DNA of 64,000 nt. Origin: the human T2T-CHM13v2.0 reference genome, Homo sapiens. Under the pieces are notes generated by a model. It saw only the letters and a list, made by a program, of their open reading frames with translations. It ran no database searches and was not told the DNA's origin. Within the stretch, counting starts at the first letter, position 1. Each line of letters starts with the position of its first letter. Positions 28,582 through 42,822 of this stretch are shown here, piece by piece. The position numbers and the translations under genes are program-made. Where the stretch lies: assembly GCF_009914755.1 (NCBI RefSeq), contig NC_060948.1. One strand, written 5' to 3'.

Positions 28582-31500
28582 TTGAATGGAATAGAACAGA
28601 ATGGAATCAAATCGAATGAAATGGAGTGGAATAGAAAGGAATGGAATGAAATGGAATGGAAAGGATTCGAATGGAATGCAATCGAATGGAATGGAATCGA
28701 ACGGAATGGAATAAAATGGAAGAAAACTGGCAAGAAATGGAATCGAAATGAATGGAGTGTTATGGAACGGACTCAAAAGGAATTGAATGTAATAGAATGG
28801 AGTGGAGTGGACTCGAATATAATGGACTGGAATGGAATGAAATCACATGGAATGGGAACGAATGGAATGGAATGGAAAGGAATGGAATCGAATGGAAAGG
28901 AATCGAATGGAAGGGAATGAAATTGAATCAACAGGAATGGAAGGGAATAGAATAGACGGTAATGGAATGGACTCGAATAGAATGGACACGAATGCTCAAA
29001 TTGAATGGACTCGAATGGAATGGAAACGAAAGGAATGTCATCGAATGGAATTGAATCGATTGGAATGAAATCGCATAGAATGGAGTGGAATCAAATGGAA
29101 TTGAATCGAAAGGAAAGGAAGCGAATGGACTGAAATGAAATGGAATGGAATTGAATGGAAAGTAATGCAATGGAATAGAATGGAACGAAATTTCACGGAA
29201 TGGAATCAAACTGAATGGAATCAAATCAATGGAATCAAATCAAATGGAATGGAAAGGAATTGAATGGAGTAGATTGGATTGGATGGGATTGGAATGAAAT
29301 GTACTGGAAAGGACTCGAATTTCATGAAACGTAATGGAATGAATTGGAACGGAATGGACTCGAATGGAATGGAATGTCATGGAATGGCATCAAATGGAAT
29401 GGCATCAAATGGAATGGAATCGAATGCAATGGAATGCTATGGAATGGAATGGAATGCATTGGAATGGAATGTCCTCTAATGGAATGGATTCGAGTGGAAT
29501 GGAATCGAATATAATGGAGTCGAATGAAATGGAATTGAAAAGAATGGGATCGAATACAATGGAATATACTGGAATGTAATGTAATGAACTCGAATGTAAT
29601 TGACTGGAATGGAATGTACATGAATGGAATGTAATCGAATGGAAAGTAATCCAATGGAATAGAAACTAATGCAATAAAATCGACTCAAATAGAGTAGAAT
29701 GTAATGGAATGGAGTGCAGTGCAATGGAATGGAATGGAATGGAATGCAATGGAATGGAATGGAATGTTATGGAATGGAATGGAATGGATTGGAATGGGAT
29801 GGAATGGTATGGAATGGATAGTAATGGACTGGAGTGAAATGGACTGGAAAGGAATGGACTCAAATTGAAAGGGCTCGAAAGGAATGGAGTCAAATGGAAT
29901 AGTCTGGAATGGAATGAACACGAATGTAATGCAATCCAATAGAATGTAATCGAATGGCATGGAATATAAAGAAATGGAATCGAAGAGAATGGAAACAAAT
30001 GGAATGGAATTGAATGGAATGGAATTGAATGGAATGGGAACGAATGGAGTGAAATTGTATGCAGTAGAAGAGAATAGAATGGAATGCAAGCGAAAGGAAA
30101 GGAATGGATTGGAATGGAATGGAATTCATTGGAGTGGAAGGGAATGTAGTGTAATGGACAGGCCTGGAATAAAGTGGAATGCTACGGTCTCGAATGGAAT
30201 AAAAATGTATGGAATGGAATGCAATGAAAGGGAATCGAATGTCATAGAATGTAATGGAATGCAAAAAAATGGAATCCAAAATCATTGACTGGAAAGGCTG
30301 GGTGTCGAAAGGAATTGACTCCAATGGAATGGAATCGAATGGAATGGAAGTGAATAGAATCGAACTAAATCGAATGGAATGGAATTGATAGGAACGGAAT
30401 GGAGAGGAATGCAATGATTTGGCATGGAATGCAATCGAATGGCATCGAATGGAATGGAATGGAATGCAATGGAATGGAATGTATTAGAATGTAATGAACT
30501 TTAATGGAATGTACTCGAATGGATTCGACTGGAATGGAATGTTCTGGAAGTGAATGGACTCCAATGGAATGGATTCAAAAGGAATGGAATCGTACGGAAT
30601 GGAATCTAATGGAATGGAATTAAATGGAAATGAATCAAATTGAATAGCACGGAATTGAATTGAATGGAATGGAATGCAATGGAATCTAATGAAACGGAAA
30701 GGAAAGGAATGGAATGGAATGGAATGGGCTGGAATGGAAAGGAATCGAAACGAATGGAATGGAATCGAACTGAAGAGACTGGAATGGAATGCACTGGAAT
30801 GGAAGGGAGTGTAATGGAAGGTTCTCGAAAAAAATGGAATCGAATGGAATGGAATTGAATGGAACGGAATAGAGTCGAATGGAATTGAATGGAATGGAAT
30901 GGACTAGAGTGAAATGGAATCGAACCACAAGGAATGGACAGGAATAGAATGGTCTCGAATTGAATGGAATCGTATGGAATGGCATCAAACGGAATGGAAT
31001 GGACAGCCACGGAATGGAATGCACTCGAATGCAATGGAGTCGAAACTAATGGACTGGAATAGAATGGACTCGACTGGTACGGACTCCAATGGAATGGAAT
31101 CGAATGGAAGGGAATCGAACGGAATGGACTCGAAGGGAAAAGACTGCAATGGAAAGGTCTCGAATGGAATGGAAATTAATGGAATGGAATGGAATCGAAT
31201 GAAATGGAGTCAAAAGGAATGGAATCGAATGGCAAGAAATCGAATGTAATGGAATCGCAAGGAATTGATGTGAACGGAACGGAATGGAATGGAATCCAAA
31301 GGAATGGAATAGAATGGAATGGAATCGAATGGAAAGGACTCGAATGGAAATCACTCGAATAGAATGCAATTTAATAAAATAGGATCAAATGTAATGGAAT
31401 GGAATGGAAAGGAATCGAAACGAAAGGAATGGAGACAGATGGAATGGAATGGAACAGAGAGCAATGGTATAGAATGGAATGGAATCATCTGGAATGGAAT

Positions 31501-32140
31501 TGAATGGAATGGAATAATATGAAATGGAATGGAATGGAATGCCCTTGAATTAAATGGACTGTAATGGAATGGACTCGAACAGAGTGGAATGGAAAGTGTT
31601 GAGATAGAATGGAATGGACTCGTTTGGAATGGTCTAGTATGCAATGCAATCGACTGGCAGGGAATCAAAAGGAATGTAATGGAATGGATTGGACTGGAAT
31701 GCAATGGACTCGAATAGATTGGAAACGGAATGCAAAGGAATGGAATGGAATAGTATGGAATGGAATGGAAAGGAATGGAGTGGAATAGACTAGAGTGGAA
31801 TGGAATGGACTGGAAAGCAATAGACTGGAATGGAACTTTCTTGAATGGACTGGAATCAAACGGAATGGAATGCAATGCAATCAAATGGCATGGAATAAAA
31901 TAGAATGAAAGAGAATCAAATGGAATTGAATCGAATGGAATCGAATGGATTGGAAAGGAATAGAATGGAATGGAATGGAATTGACTCAAATGGAATGGAC
32001 TAGAATGGAATGGATTCGAATGGAAGGCAAAGGAATGGAATCTATTGGAATGGACTGTAATGGAATGGAATGGAAGGGATTGGAATGGACTCGAATGGAA
32101 TGGACTGCAATAGAAAGGATTCGAATGGAATGAAAAAGAA
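28582..32140 (+). repeat. DYZ1-type unit U9 (3,559 bp)
   Basis: Landmark spacing. 10-bp deletion near 31530. Confidence 0.9.
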
Positions 32141-35100
32141 TTGAATGGAATAGAACAGAATGGAATCAAATCGAATGAAATGGAGTGGAATAGAAAGGAA
32201 TGGAATGAAATGGAATGGAAAGGATTCGAATGGAATGCAATCGAATGGAATGGAATCGAACGGAATGGAATAAAATGGAAGAAAACTGGCAAGAAATGGA
32301 ATCGAAATGAATGGAGTGTTATGGAACGGACTCAAAAGGAATTGAATGTAATAGAATGGAGTGGAGTGGACTCGAATATAATGGACTGGAATGGAATGAA
32401 ATCACATGGAATGGGAACGAATGGAATGGAATGGAAAGGAATGGAATCGAATGGAAAGGAATCGAATGGAAGGGAATGAAATTGAATCAACAGGAATGGA
32501 AGGGAATAGAATAGACGGTAATGGAATGGACTCGAATAGAATGGACACGAATGCTCAAATTGAATGGACTCGAATGGAATGGAAACGAAAGGAATGTCAT
32601 CGAATGGAATTGAATCGATTGGAATGAAATCGCATAGAATGGAGTGGAATCAAATGGAATTGAATCGAAAGGAAAGGAAGCGAATGGACTGAAATGAAAT
32701 GGAATGGAATTGAATGGAAAGTAATGCAATGGAATAGAATGGAACGAAATTTCACGGAATGGAATCAAACTGAATGGAATCAAATCAATGGAATCAAATC
32801 AAATGGAATGGAAAGGAATTGAATGGAGTAGATTGGATTGGATGGGATTGGAATGAAATGTACTGGAAAGGACTCGAATTTCATGAAACGGAATGGAATG
32901 AATTGGAACGGAATGGACTCGAATGGAATGGAATGTCATGGAATGGCATCAAATGGAATGGCATCAAATGGAATGGAATCGAATGCAATGGAATGCTATG
33001 GAATGGAATGGAATGCATTGGAATGGAATGTCCTCTAATGGAATGGATTCGAGTGGAATGGAATCGAATATAATGGAGTCGAATGAAATGGAATTGAAAA
33101 GAATGGGATCGAATACAATGGAATATACTGGAATGTAATGTAATGAACTCGAATGTAATTGACTGGAATGGAATGTACATGAATGGAATGTAATCGAATG
33201 GAAAGTAATCCAATGGAATAGAAACTAATGCAATAAAATCGACTCAAATAGAGTAGAATGTAATGGAATGGAGTGCAGTGCAATGGAATGGAATGGAATG
33301 GAATGCAATGGAATGGAATGGAATGTTATGGAATGGAATGGAATGGATTGGAATGGGATGGAATGGTATGGAATGGATAGTAATGGACTGGAGTGAAATG
33401 GACTGGAAAGGAATGGACTCAAATTGAAAGGGCTCGAAAGGAATGGAGTCAAATGGAATAGTCTGGAATGGAATGAACACGAATGTAATGCAATCCAATA
33501 GAATGTAATCGAATGGCATGGAATATAAAGAAATGGAATCGAAGAGAATGGAAACAAATGGAATGGAATTGAATGGAATGGAATTGAATGGAATGGGAAC
33601 GAATGGAGTGAAATTGTATGCAGTAGAAGAGAATAGAATGGAATGCAAGCGAAAGGAAAGGAATGGATTGGAATGGAATGGAATTCATTGGAATGGAAGG
33701 GAATGTAGTGTAATGGACAGGCCTGGAATAAAGTGGAATGCTACGGTCTCGAATGGAATAAAAATGTATGGAATGGAATGCAATGAAAGGGAATCGAATG
33801 TCATAGAATGTAATGGAATGCAACAAAATGGAATCCAAAATCATTGACTGGAAAGGCTGGGTGTCGAAAGGAATTGACTCCAATGGAATGGAATCGAATG
33901 GAATGGAAGTGAATAGAATCGAACTAAATCGAATGGAATGGAATTGATAGGAACGGAATGGAGAGGAATGCAATGATTTGGCATGGAATGCAATCGAATG
34001 GCATCGAATGGAATGGAATGGAATGCAATGGAATGGAATGTATTAGAATGTAATGAACTTTAATGGAATGTACTCGAATGGATTCGACTGGAATGGAATG
34101 TTCTGGAAGTGAATGGACTCCAATGGAATGGATTCAAAAGGAATGGAATCGTACGGAATGGAATCTAATGGAATGGAATTAAATGGAAATGAATCAAATT
34201 GAATAGCACGGAATTGAATTGAATGGAATGGAATGCAATGGAATCTAATGAAACGGAAAGGAAAGGAATGGAATGGAATGGAATGGGCTGGAATGGAAAG
34301 GAATCGAAACGAATGGAATGGAATCGAACTGAAGAGACTGGAATGGAATGCACTGGAATGGAAGGGAGTGTAATGGAAGGTTCTCGAAAAAAATGGAATC
34401 GAATGGAATGGAATTGAATGGAACGGAATAGAGTCGAATGGAATTGAATGGAATGGAATGGACTAGAGTGAAATGGAATCGAACCACAAGGAATGGACAG
34501 GAATAGAATGGTCTCGAATTGAATGGAATCGTATGGAATGGCATCAAACGGAATGGAATGGACAGCCACGGAATGGAATGCACTCGAATGCAATGGAGTC
34601 GAAACTAATGGACTGGAATAGAATGGACTCGACTGGTACGGACTCCAATGGAATGGAATCGAATGGAAGGGAATCGAACGGAATGGACTCGAAGGGAAAA
34701 GACTGCAATGGAAAGGTCTCGAATGGAATGGAAATTAATGGAATGGAATGGAATCGAATGAAATGGAGTCAAAAGGAATGGAATCGAATGGCAAGAAATC
34801 GAATGTAATGGAATCGCAAGGAATTGATGTGAACGGAACGGAATGGAATGGAATCCAAAGGAATGGAATAGAATGGAATGGAATCGAATGGAAAGGACTC
34901 GAATGGAAATCACTCGAATAGAATGCAATTTAATAAAATAGGATCAAATGTAATGGAATGGAATGGAAAGGAATCGAAACGAAAGGAATGGAGACAGATG
35001 GAATGGAATGGAACAGAGAGCAATGGTATAGAATGGAATGGAATCATCTGGAATGGAATTGAATGGAATGGAATAATATGAAATGGAATGGAATGGAATG

Positions 35101-35709
35101 GAATGGAATGCCCTTGAATTAAATGGACTGGAATGGAATGGACTCGAACAGAGTGGAATGGAAAGTGTTGAGATAGAATGGAATGGACTCGTTTGGAATG
35201 GTCTAGTATGCAATGCAATCGACTGGCAGGGAATCAAAAGGAATGTAATGGAAAGGATTGGATAGGAATGCAATGGACTTGAATAGATTGGAAACGGAAT
35301 GCAAAGGAATGGAATGGAATAGTATGGAATGGAATGGAAAGGAATGGAGTGGAATAGACTAGAGTGGAATGGAATGGACTGGAAAGCAATAGACTGGAAT
35401 GGAACTTTCTTGAATGGACTGGAATCAAACGGAATGGAATGCAATGCAATCAAATGGCATGGAATAAAATAGAATGAAAGAGAATCAAATGGAATTGAAT
35501 CGAATGGAATCGAATGGATTGGAAAGGAATAGAATGGAATGGAATGGAATTGACTCAAATGGAATGGACTAGAATGGAATAGATTCGAATGGAAAGCAAA
35601 GGAATGGAATCTATTGGAATGGACTGTAATGGAATGGAATGGAAGGGATTGGAATGGACTCGAATGGAATGGACTGCAATAGAAAGGATTCGAATGGAAT
35701 GAAAAAGAA
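32141..35709 (+). repeat. DYZ1-type unit U10 (3,569 bp)
   Basis: Landmark spacing. 3' variants shared with U16. Confidence 0.9.
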
Positions 35710-38700
35710 TTGAATGGAATAGAACAGAATGGAATCAAATCGAATGAAATGGAGTGGAATAGAAAGGAATGGAATGAAATGGAATGGAAAGGATTCGAAT
35801 GGAATGCAATTGAATGGAATGGAATCGAACGGAATGGAATAAAATGGAAGAAAACTGGCAAGAAATGGAATCGAAATGAATGGAGTGTTATGGAACGGAC
35901 TCAAAAGGAATTGAATGTAATAGAATGGAGTGGAGTGGACTCGAATATAATGGACTGGAATGGAATGAAATCACATGGAATGGGAACGAATGGAATGGAA
36001 TGGAAAGGAATGGAATCGAATGGAAAGGAATCGAATGGAAGGGAATGAAATTGAATCAACAGGAATGGAAGGGAATAGAATAGACGGTAATGGAATGGAC
36101 TCGAATAGAATGGACACGAATGCTGAAATTGAATGGACTCGAATGGAATGGAAACGAAAGGAATGTCATCGAATGGAATTGAATCGATTGGAATGAAATC
36201 GCATAGAATGGAGTGGAATCAAATGGAATTGAATCGAAAGGAAAGGAAGCGAATGGACTGAAATGAAATGGAATGGAATTGAATGGAAAGTAATGCAATG
36301 GAATAGAATGGAACGAAATTTCACGGAATGGAATCAAACTGAATGGAATCAAATCAATGGAATCTAATCAAATGGAATGGAAAGGAATTGAATGGAGTAG
36401 ATTGGATTGGATGGGATTGGAATGAAATGTACTGGAAAGGACTCGAATTTCATGAAACGGAATGGAATGAATTGGAACGGAATGGACTCGAATGGAATGG
36501 AATGTCATGGAATGGCATCAAATGGAATGGCATCAAATGGAATGGAATCGAATGCAATGGAATGTTATGGAATGGAATGGAATGCATTGGAATGGAATGT
36601 CCTCTAATGGAATGGATTCGAGTGGAATGGAATCGAATATAATGGAGTCGAATGAAATGGAATTGAAAGGAATGGGATCGAATAGAATGGAATATACTGG
36701 AATGTAATGTAATGAACTCGAATGTAATTGACTGGAATGGAATGTACATGAATGGAAGGTAATCGAATGGAAAGTAATCCAATGGAATAGAATCTAATGC
36801 AATAAAACCGACTCAGATAGTGTAGAATGTAATGGAATGGAGTGCAGTGCAATGGAATGGAATGGAATTGAATGCAATGGAATGGAATGGAATGTTATGG
36901 AATGGAATGGAATGGATTGGAATGGGATGGAATGGTATGGAATGGATAGTAATGGACTGGAGTGAAATGGACTGGAAAGGAATGGACTCAAATTGAAAGG
37001 GCTCGAAAGGAATGGAGTCAAATGGAATAGTCTGGAATGGAATGAACACGAATGTAATGCAATCCAATAGAATGTAATCGAATGGCATGGAATATAAAGA
37101 AATGGAATCGAAGAGAATGGAAACAAATGGAATGGAATTGAATGGAATGGAATTGAATGGAATGGGAACGAATGGAGTGAAATTGTATGCAGTAGAAGAG
37201 AATAGAATGGAATGCAAGCGAAAGGAAAGGAATGGATTGGAATGGAATGGAATTCATTGGAATGGAAGGGAATGTAGTGTAATGGACAGGCCTGGAATAA
37301 AGTGGAATGCTACGGTCTCGAATGGAATAAAAATGTATGGAATGGAATGCAATGAAAGGGAATCGAATGTCATAGAATGTAATGGAATGCAACAAAATGG
37401 AATCCAAAATCATTGACTGGAAAGGCTGGGTGTCGAAAGGAATTGACTCCAATGGAATGGAATCGAATGGAATGGAAGTGAATAGAATCGAACTAAATCG
37501 AATGGAATGGAATTGATAGGAACGGAATGGAGAGGAATGCAATGATTTGGCATGGAATGCAATCGAATGGCATCGAATGGAATGGAATGGAATGCAATGG
37601 AATGGAATGTATTAGAATGTAATGAACTTTAATGGAATGTACTCGAATGGATTCGACTGGAATGGAATGTTCTGGAAGTGAATGGACTCCAATGGAATGG
37701 ATTCCAAAGGAATGGAATCGTACGGAATGGAATCTAATGGAATGGAATTAAATGGAAATGAATCTAATTGAATAGCACGGAATTGAATTGAATGGAATGG
37801 AATGCAATGGAATCTAATGAAATGGAAAGGAAAGGAATGGAATGGAATGGAATGGGCTGGAATGGAAAGGAATCGAAACGAATGGAATGGAATCGAACTG
37901 AAGAGACTGGAATGGAATGCACTGGAATGGAAGGGAGTGTAATGGAAGGTTCTCGAAAAAAATGGAATCGAATGGAATGGAATTGAATGGAACGGAATAG
38001 AGTCGAATGGAATTGAATGGAATGGAATGGACTAGAGTGAAATGGAATCGAACCACAAGGAATGGACAGGAATAGAATGGTCTCGAATTGAATGGAATCG
38101 TATGGAATGGCATCAAACGGAATGGAATGGACAGCCACGGAATGGAATGCACTCGAATGCAATGGAGTCGAAACTAATGGACTGGAATAGAATGGACTCG
38201 ACTGGTACGGACTCCAATGGAATGGAATCGAATGGAAGGGAATCGAACGGAATGGACTCAAAGGGAAAAGACTGCAATGGAAAGGTCTCGAATGGAATGG
38301 AAATTAATGGAATGGAATGGAATCGAATGAAATGGAGTCAAAAGGAATGGAATCGAATGGCAAGAAATCGAATGTAATGGAATCGCAAGGAATTGATGTG
38401 AACGGAACGGAATGGAATGGAATCCAAAGGAATGGAATAGAATGGAATGGAATCGAATGGAAAGGACTCGAATGGAAATCACTCGAATAGAATGCAATTT
38501 AATAAAATAGGATCAAATGTAATGGAATGGAATGGAAAGGAATCGAAACGAAAGGAATGGAGACAGATGGAATGGAATGGAACAGAGAGCAATGGTATAG
38601 AATGGAATGGAATCATCTGGAATGGAATTGAATGGAATGGAATAATATGAAATGGAATGGAATGGAATGGAATGGAATTCCCTTGAATTAAATGGACTGG

Positions 38701-39278
38701 AATGGAATGGACTCGAACAGAGTGGAATGGAAAGTGTTGAGATAGAATGGAATGGACTCGTTTGGAATGGTCTAGTATGCAATGCAATCGACTGGCAGGG
38801 AATCAAAAGGAATGTAATGGAATGGATTGGACTGGAATGCAATGGACTCGAATAGATTGGAAACGGAATGCAAAGGAATGGAATGGAATAGAATGGAATG
38901 GAATGGAAAGGACTGGAGTGGAATAGACTAGAGTGGAATGGAATGGACTGGAAAGCAATAGACTGGAATGGAACTTTCTTGAATGGACTGGAATCAAACG
39001 GAATGGAATGCAATGCAATCAAATGGCATGGAATAAAATAGAATGAAAGAGAATCAAATGGAATTGAATCGAATGGAATCGAATGGATTGGAAAGGAATA
39101 GAATGGAATGGAATGGAATTGACTCAAATGGAATGGACTAGAATGGAATGGATTCGAATGGAAGGCAAAGGAATGGAATCTATTGGAATGGACTGTAATG
39201 GAATGGAATGGAAGGGATTGGAATGGACTCGAATGGAATGGACTGCAATAGAAAGGATTCGAATGGAATGAAAAAGAA
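35710..39278 (+). repeat. DYZ1-type unit U11 (3,569 bp), variant-rich, extra EcoRI site
   Basis: Private SNVs shared with U17. New GAATTC at 38675-38680. Confidence 0.9.
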
Positions 39279-42200
39279 TTGAATGGAATAGAACAGAATG
39301 GAATCAAATCGAATGAAATGGAATGGAATAGAAAGGAATGGAATGAAATGGAATGGAAAGGATTCGAATGGAATGCAATCGAATGGAATGGAATCGAACG
39401 GAATGGAATAAAATGGAAGAAAACTGGCAAGAAATGGAATCGAAATGAATGGAGTGTTATGGAACGGACTCAAAAGGAATTGAATGTAATAGAATGGAGT
39501 GGAGTGGACTCGAATATAATGGACTGGAATGGAATGAAATCACATGGAATGGGAACGAATGGAATGGAATGGAAAGGAATGGAATCGAATGGAAAGGAAT
39601 CGAATGGAAGGGAATGAAATTGAATCAACAGGAATGGAAGGGAATAGAATAGACGGTAATGGAATGGACTCGAATAGAATGGACACGAATGCTCAAATTG
39701 AATGGACTCGAATGGAATGGAAACGAAAGGAATGTCATCGAATGGAATTGAATCGATTGGAATGAAATCGCATAGAATGGAGTGGAATCAAATGGAATTG
39801 AATCGAAAGGAAAGGAAGCGAATGGACTGAAATGAAATGGAATGGAATTGAATGGAAAGTAATGCAATGGAATAGAATGGAACGAAATTTCACGGAATGG
39901 AATCAAACTGAATGGAATCAAATCAATGGAATCAAATCAAATGGAATGGAAAGGAATTGAATGGAGTAGATTGGATTGGATGGGATTGGAATGAAATGTA
40001 CTGGAAAGGACTCGAATTTCATGAAACGGAATGGAATGAATTGGAACGGAATGGACTCGAATGGAATGGAATGTCATGGAATGGCATCAAATGGAATGGC
40101 ATCAAATGGAATGGAATCGAATGCAATGGAATGCTATGGAATGGAATGGAATGCATTGGAATGGAATGTCCTCTAATGGAATGGATTCGAGTGGAATGGA
40201 ATCGAATATAATGGAGTCGAATGAAATGGAATTGAAAAGAATGGGATCGAATACAATGGAATATACTGGAATGTAATGTAATGAACTCGAATGTAATTGA
40301 CTGGAATGGAATGTACATGAATGGAATGTAATCGAATGGAAAGTAATCCAATGGAATAGAAACTAATGCAATAAAATCGACTCAAATAGAGTAGAATGTA
40401 ATGGAATGGAGTGCAGTGCAATGGAATGGAATGGAATGGAATGCAATGGAATGGAATGGAATGGAATGGAATGGGATGGAATGGTGTGGAATGGATAGTA
40501 ATGGACTGGTGTGAAATGGACTGGAAAGGAATGGACTCAAATTGAAAGGGCTCGAAAGGAATGGAGTCAAATGGAATGGTCTGGAATGGAATGAACACGA
40601 ATGTAATGCAATCCAATAGAATGGAATCGAATGGCATGGAATATAAAGAAATGGAATCGAAGAGAATGGAAACAAATGGAATGGAATTGAATGGAATGGA
40701 ATTGAATGGAATGGGAAGGAATGGAGTGAAATTGTATGCAGTAGAAGAGAATAGAATGGAATGCAAGTGAAAGGAAAGGAATGGATTGGAATGGAATGGA
40801 ATTCATTGGAATGGAAGGGAATGTAGTGTAATGGACAGGCCTGGAATAAAGTGGAATGCTACGGTCTCGAATGGAATAAAAATGTATGGAATGGAATGCA
40901 ATGAAACGGAATCGAATGTCATAGAATGTAATGGAATGCAACAAAATGGAATCCAAAATCATTGACTGGAAAGGCTGGGTGTCGAAAGGAATTGACTCCA
41001 ATGGAATGGAATCGAATGGAATGGAAGTGAATAGAATCGAACTAAATCGAATGGAAAGGAATTGATAGGAACGGAATGGAAAGGAATGCAATGATTTGGC
41101 ATGGAATGGAATCGAATGGCATCGAATGGAATGGAATGGAATGCAATGGAATGGAATGTATTAGAATGTAATGAACTTTAATGGAATGTACTCGAATGGA
41201 TTCGACTGGAATGGAATGTTCTGGAAGTGAATGGACTCCAATGGAATGGATTCCAAAGGAATGGAATCGTACGGAATGGAATCTAATGGAATGGAATTAA
41301 ATGGAAATGAATCAAATTGAATAGCACGGAATTGAATTGAATGGAATGGAATGCAATGGAATCTAATGAAACGGAAAGGAAAGGAATGGAATGGAATGGA
41401 ATGGGCTGGAATGGAAAGGAATCGAAACGAATGGAATGGAATCGAACTGAAGAGACTGGAATGGAATGCACTGGAATGGAAGGGAGTGTAATGGAAGGTT
41501 CTCGAAAAAAATGGAATCGAATGGAATGGAATTGAATGGAACGGAATAGAGTCGAATGGAATTGAATGGAATGGAATGGACTAGAGTGAAATGGAATCGA
41601 ACCACAAGGAATGGACAGGAATAGAATGGTCTCGAATTGAATGGAATCGTATGGAATGGCATCAAACGGAATGGAATGGACAGCCACGGAATGGAATGCA
41701 CTCGAATGCAATGGAGTCGAAACTAATGGACTGGAATAGAATGGACTCGACTGGTACGGACTCCAATGGAATGGAATCGAATGGAAGGGAATCGAACGGA
41801 ATGGACTCGAAGGGAAAAGACTGCAATGGAAAGGTCTCGAATGGAATGGAAATTAATGGAATGGAATGGAATCGAATGAAATGGAGTCAAAAGGAATGGA
41901 ATCGAATGGCAAGAAATCGAATGTAATGGAATCGCAAGGAATTGATGTGAACGGAACGGAATGGAATGGAATCCAAAGGAATGGAATAGAATGGAATGGA
42001 ATCGAATGGAAAGGACTCGAATGGAAATCACTCGAATAGAATGCAATTTAATAAAATAGGATCAAATGTAATGGAATGGAATGGAAAGGAATCGAAACGA
42101 AAGGAATGGAGACAGATGGAATGGAATGGAACAGAGAGCAATGGTATAGAATGGAATGGAATCATCTGGAATGGAATTGAATGGAATGGAATAATATGAA

Positions 42201-42822
42201 ATGGAATGGAATGGAATGGAATGCCCTTGAATTAAATGGACTGGAATGGAATGGACTCGAACAGAGTGGAATGGAAAGTGTTGAGATAGAATGGAATGGA
42301 CTCGTTTGGAATGGTCTAGTAGGCAATGCAATCGACTGGCAGGGAATCAAAAGGAATGTAATGGAATGGATTGGACTGGAATGCAATGGACTCGAATAGA
42401 TTGGAAACGGAATGCAAAGGAATGGAATGGAATAGAATGGAATGGAATGGAAAGGAATGGAGTGGAATAGACTAGAGTGGAATGGAATGGACTGGAAAGC
42501 AATAGACTGGAATGGAACTTTCTTGAATGGACTGGAATCAAACGGAATGGAATGCAATGCAATCAAATGGCATGGAATAAAATAGAATGAAAGAGAATCA
42601 AATGGAATTGAATCGAATGGAATCGAATGGATTGGAAAGGAATAGAATGGTATGGAATGGAATTGACTCAAATGGAATGGACTAGAATGGAATGGATTCG
42701 AATGGAAGGCAAAGGAATGGAATCTATTGGAATGGACTGTAATGGAATGGAATGGAAGGGATTGGAATGGACTCGAATGGAATGGACTGCAATAGAAAGG
42801 ATTCGAATGGAATGAAAAAGAA
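39279..42822 (+). repeat. DYZ1-type unit U12 (3,544 bp)
   Basis: 20-bp and 5-bp deletions. Near-copy of U13. Confidence 0.9.
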
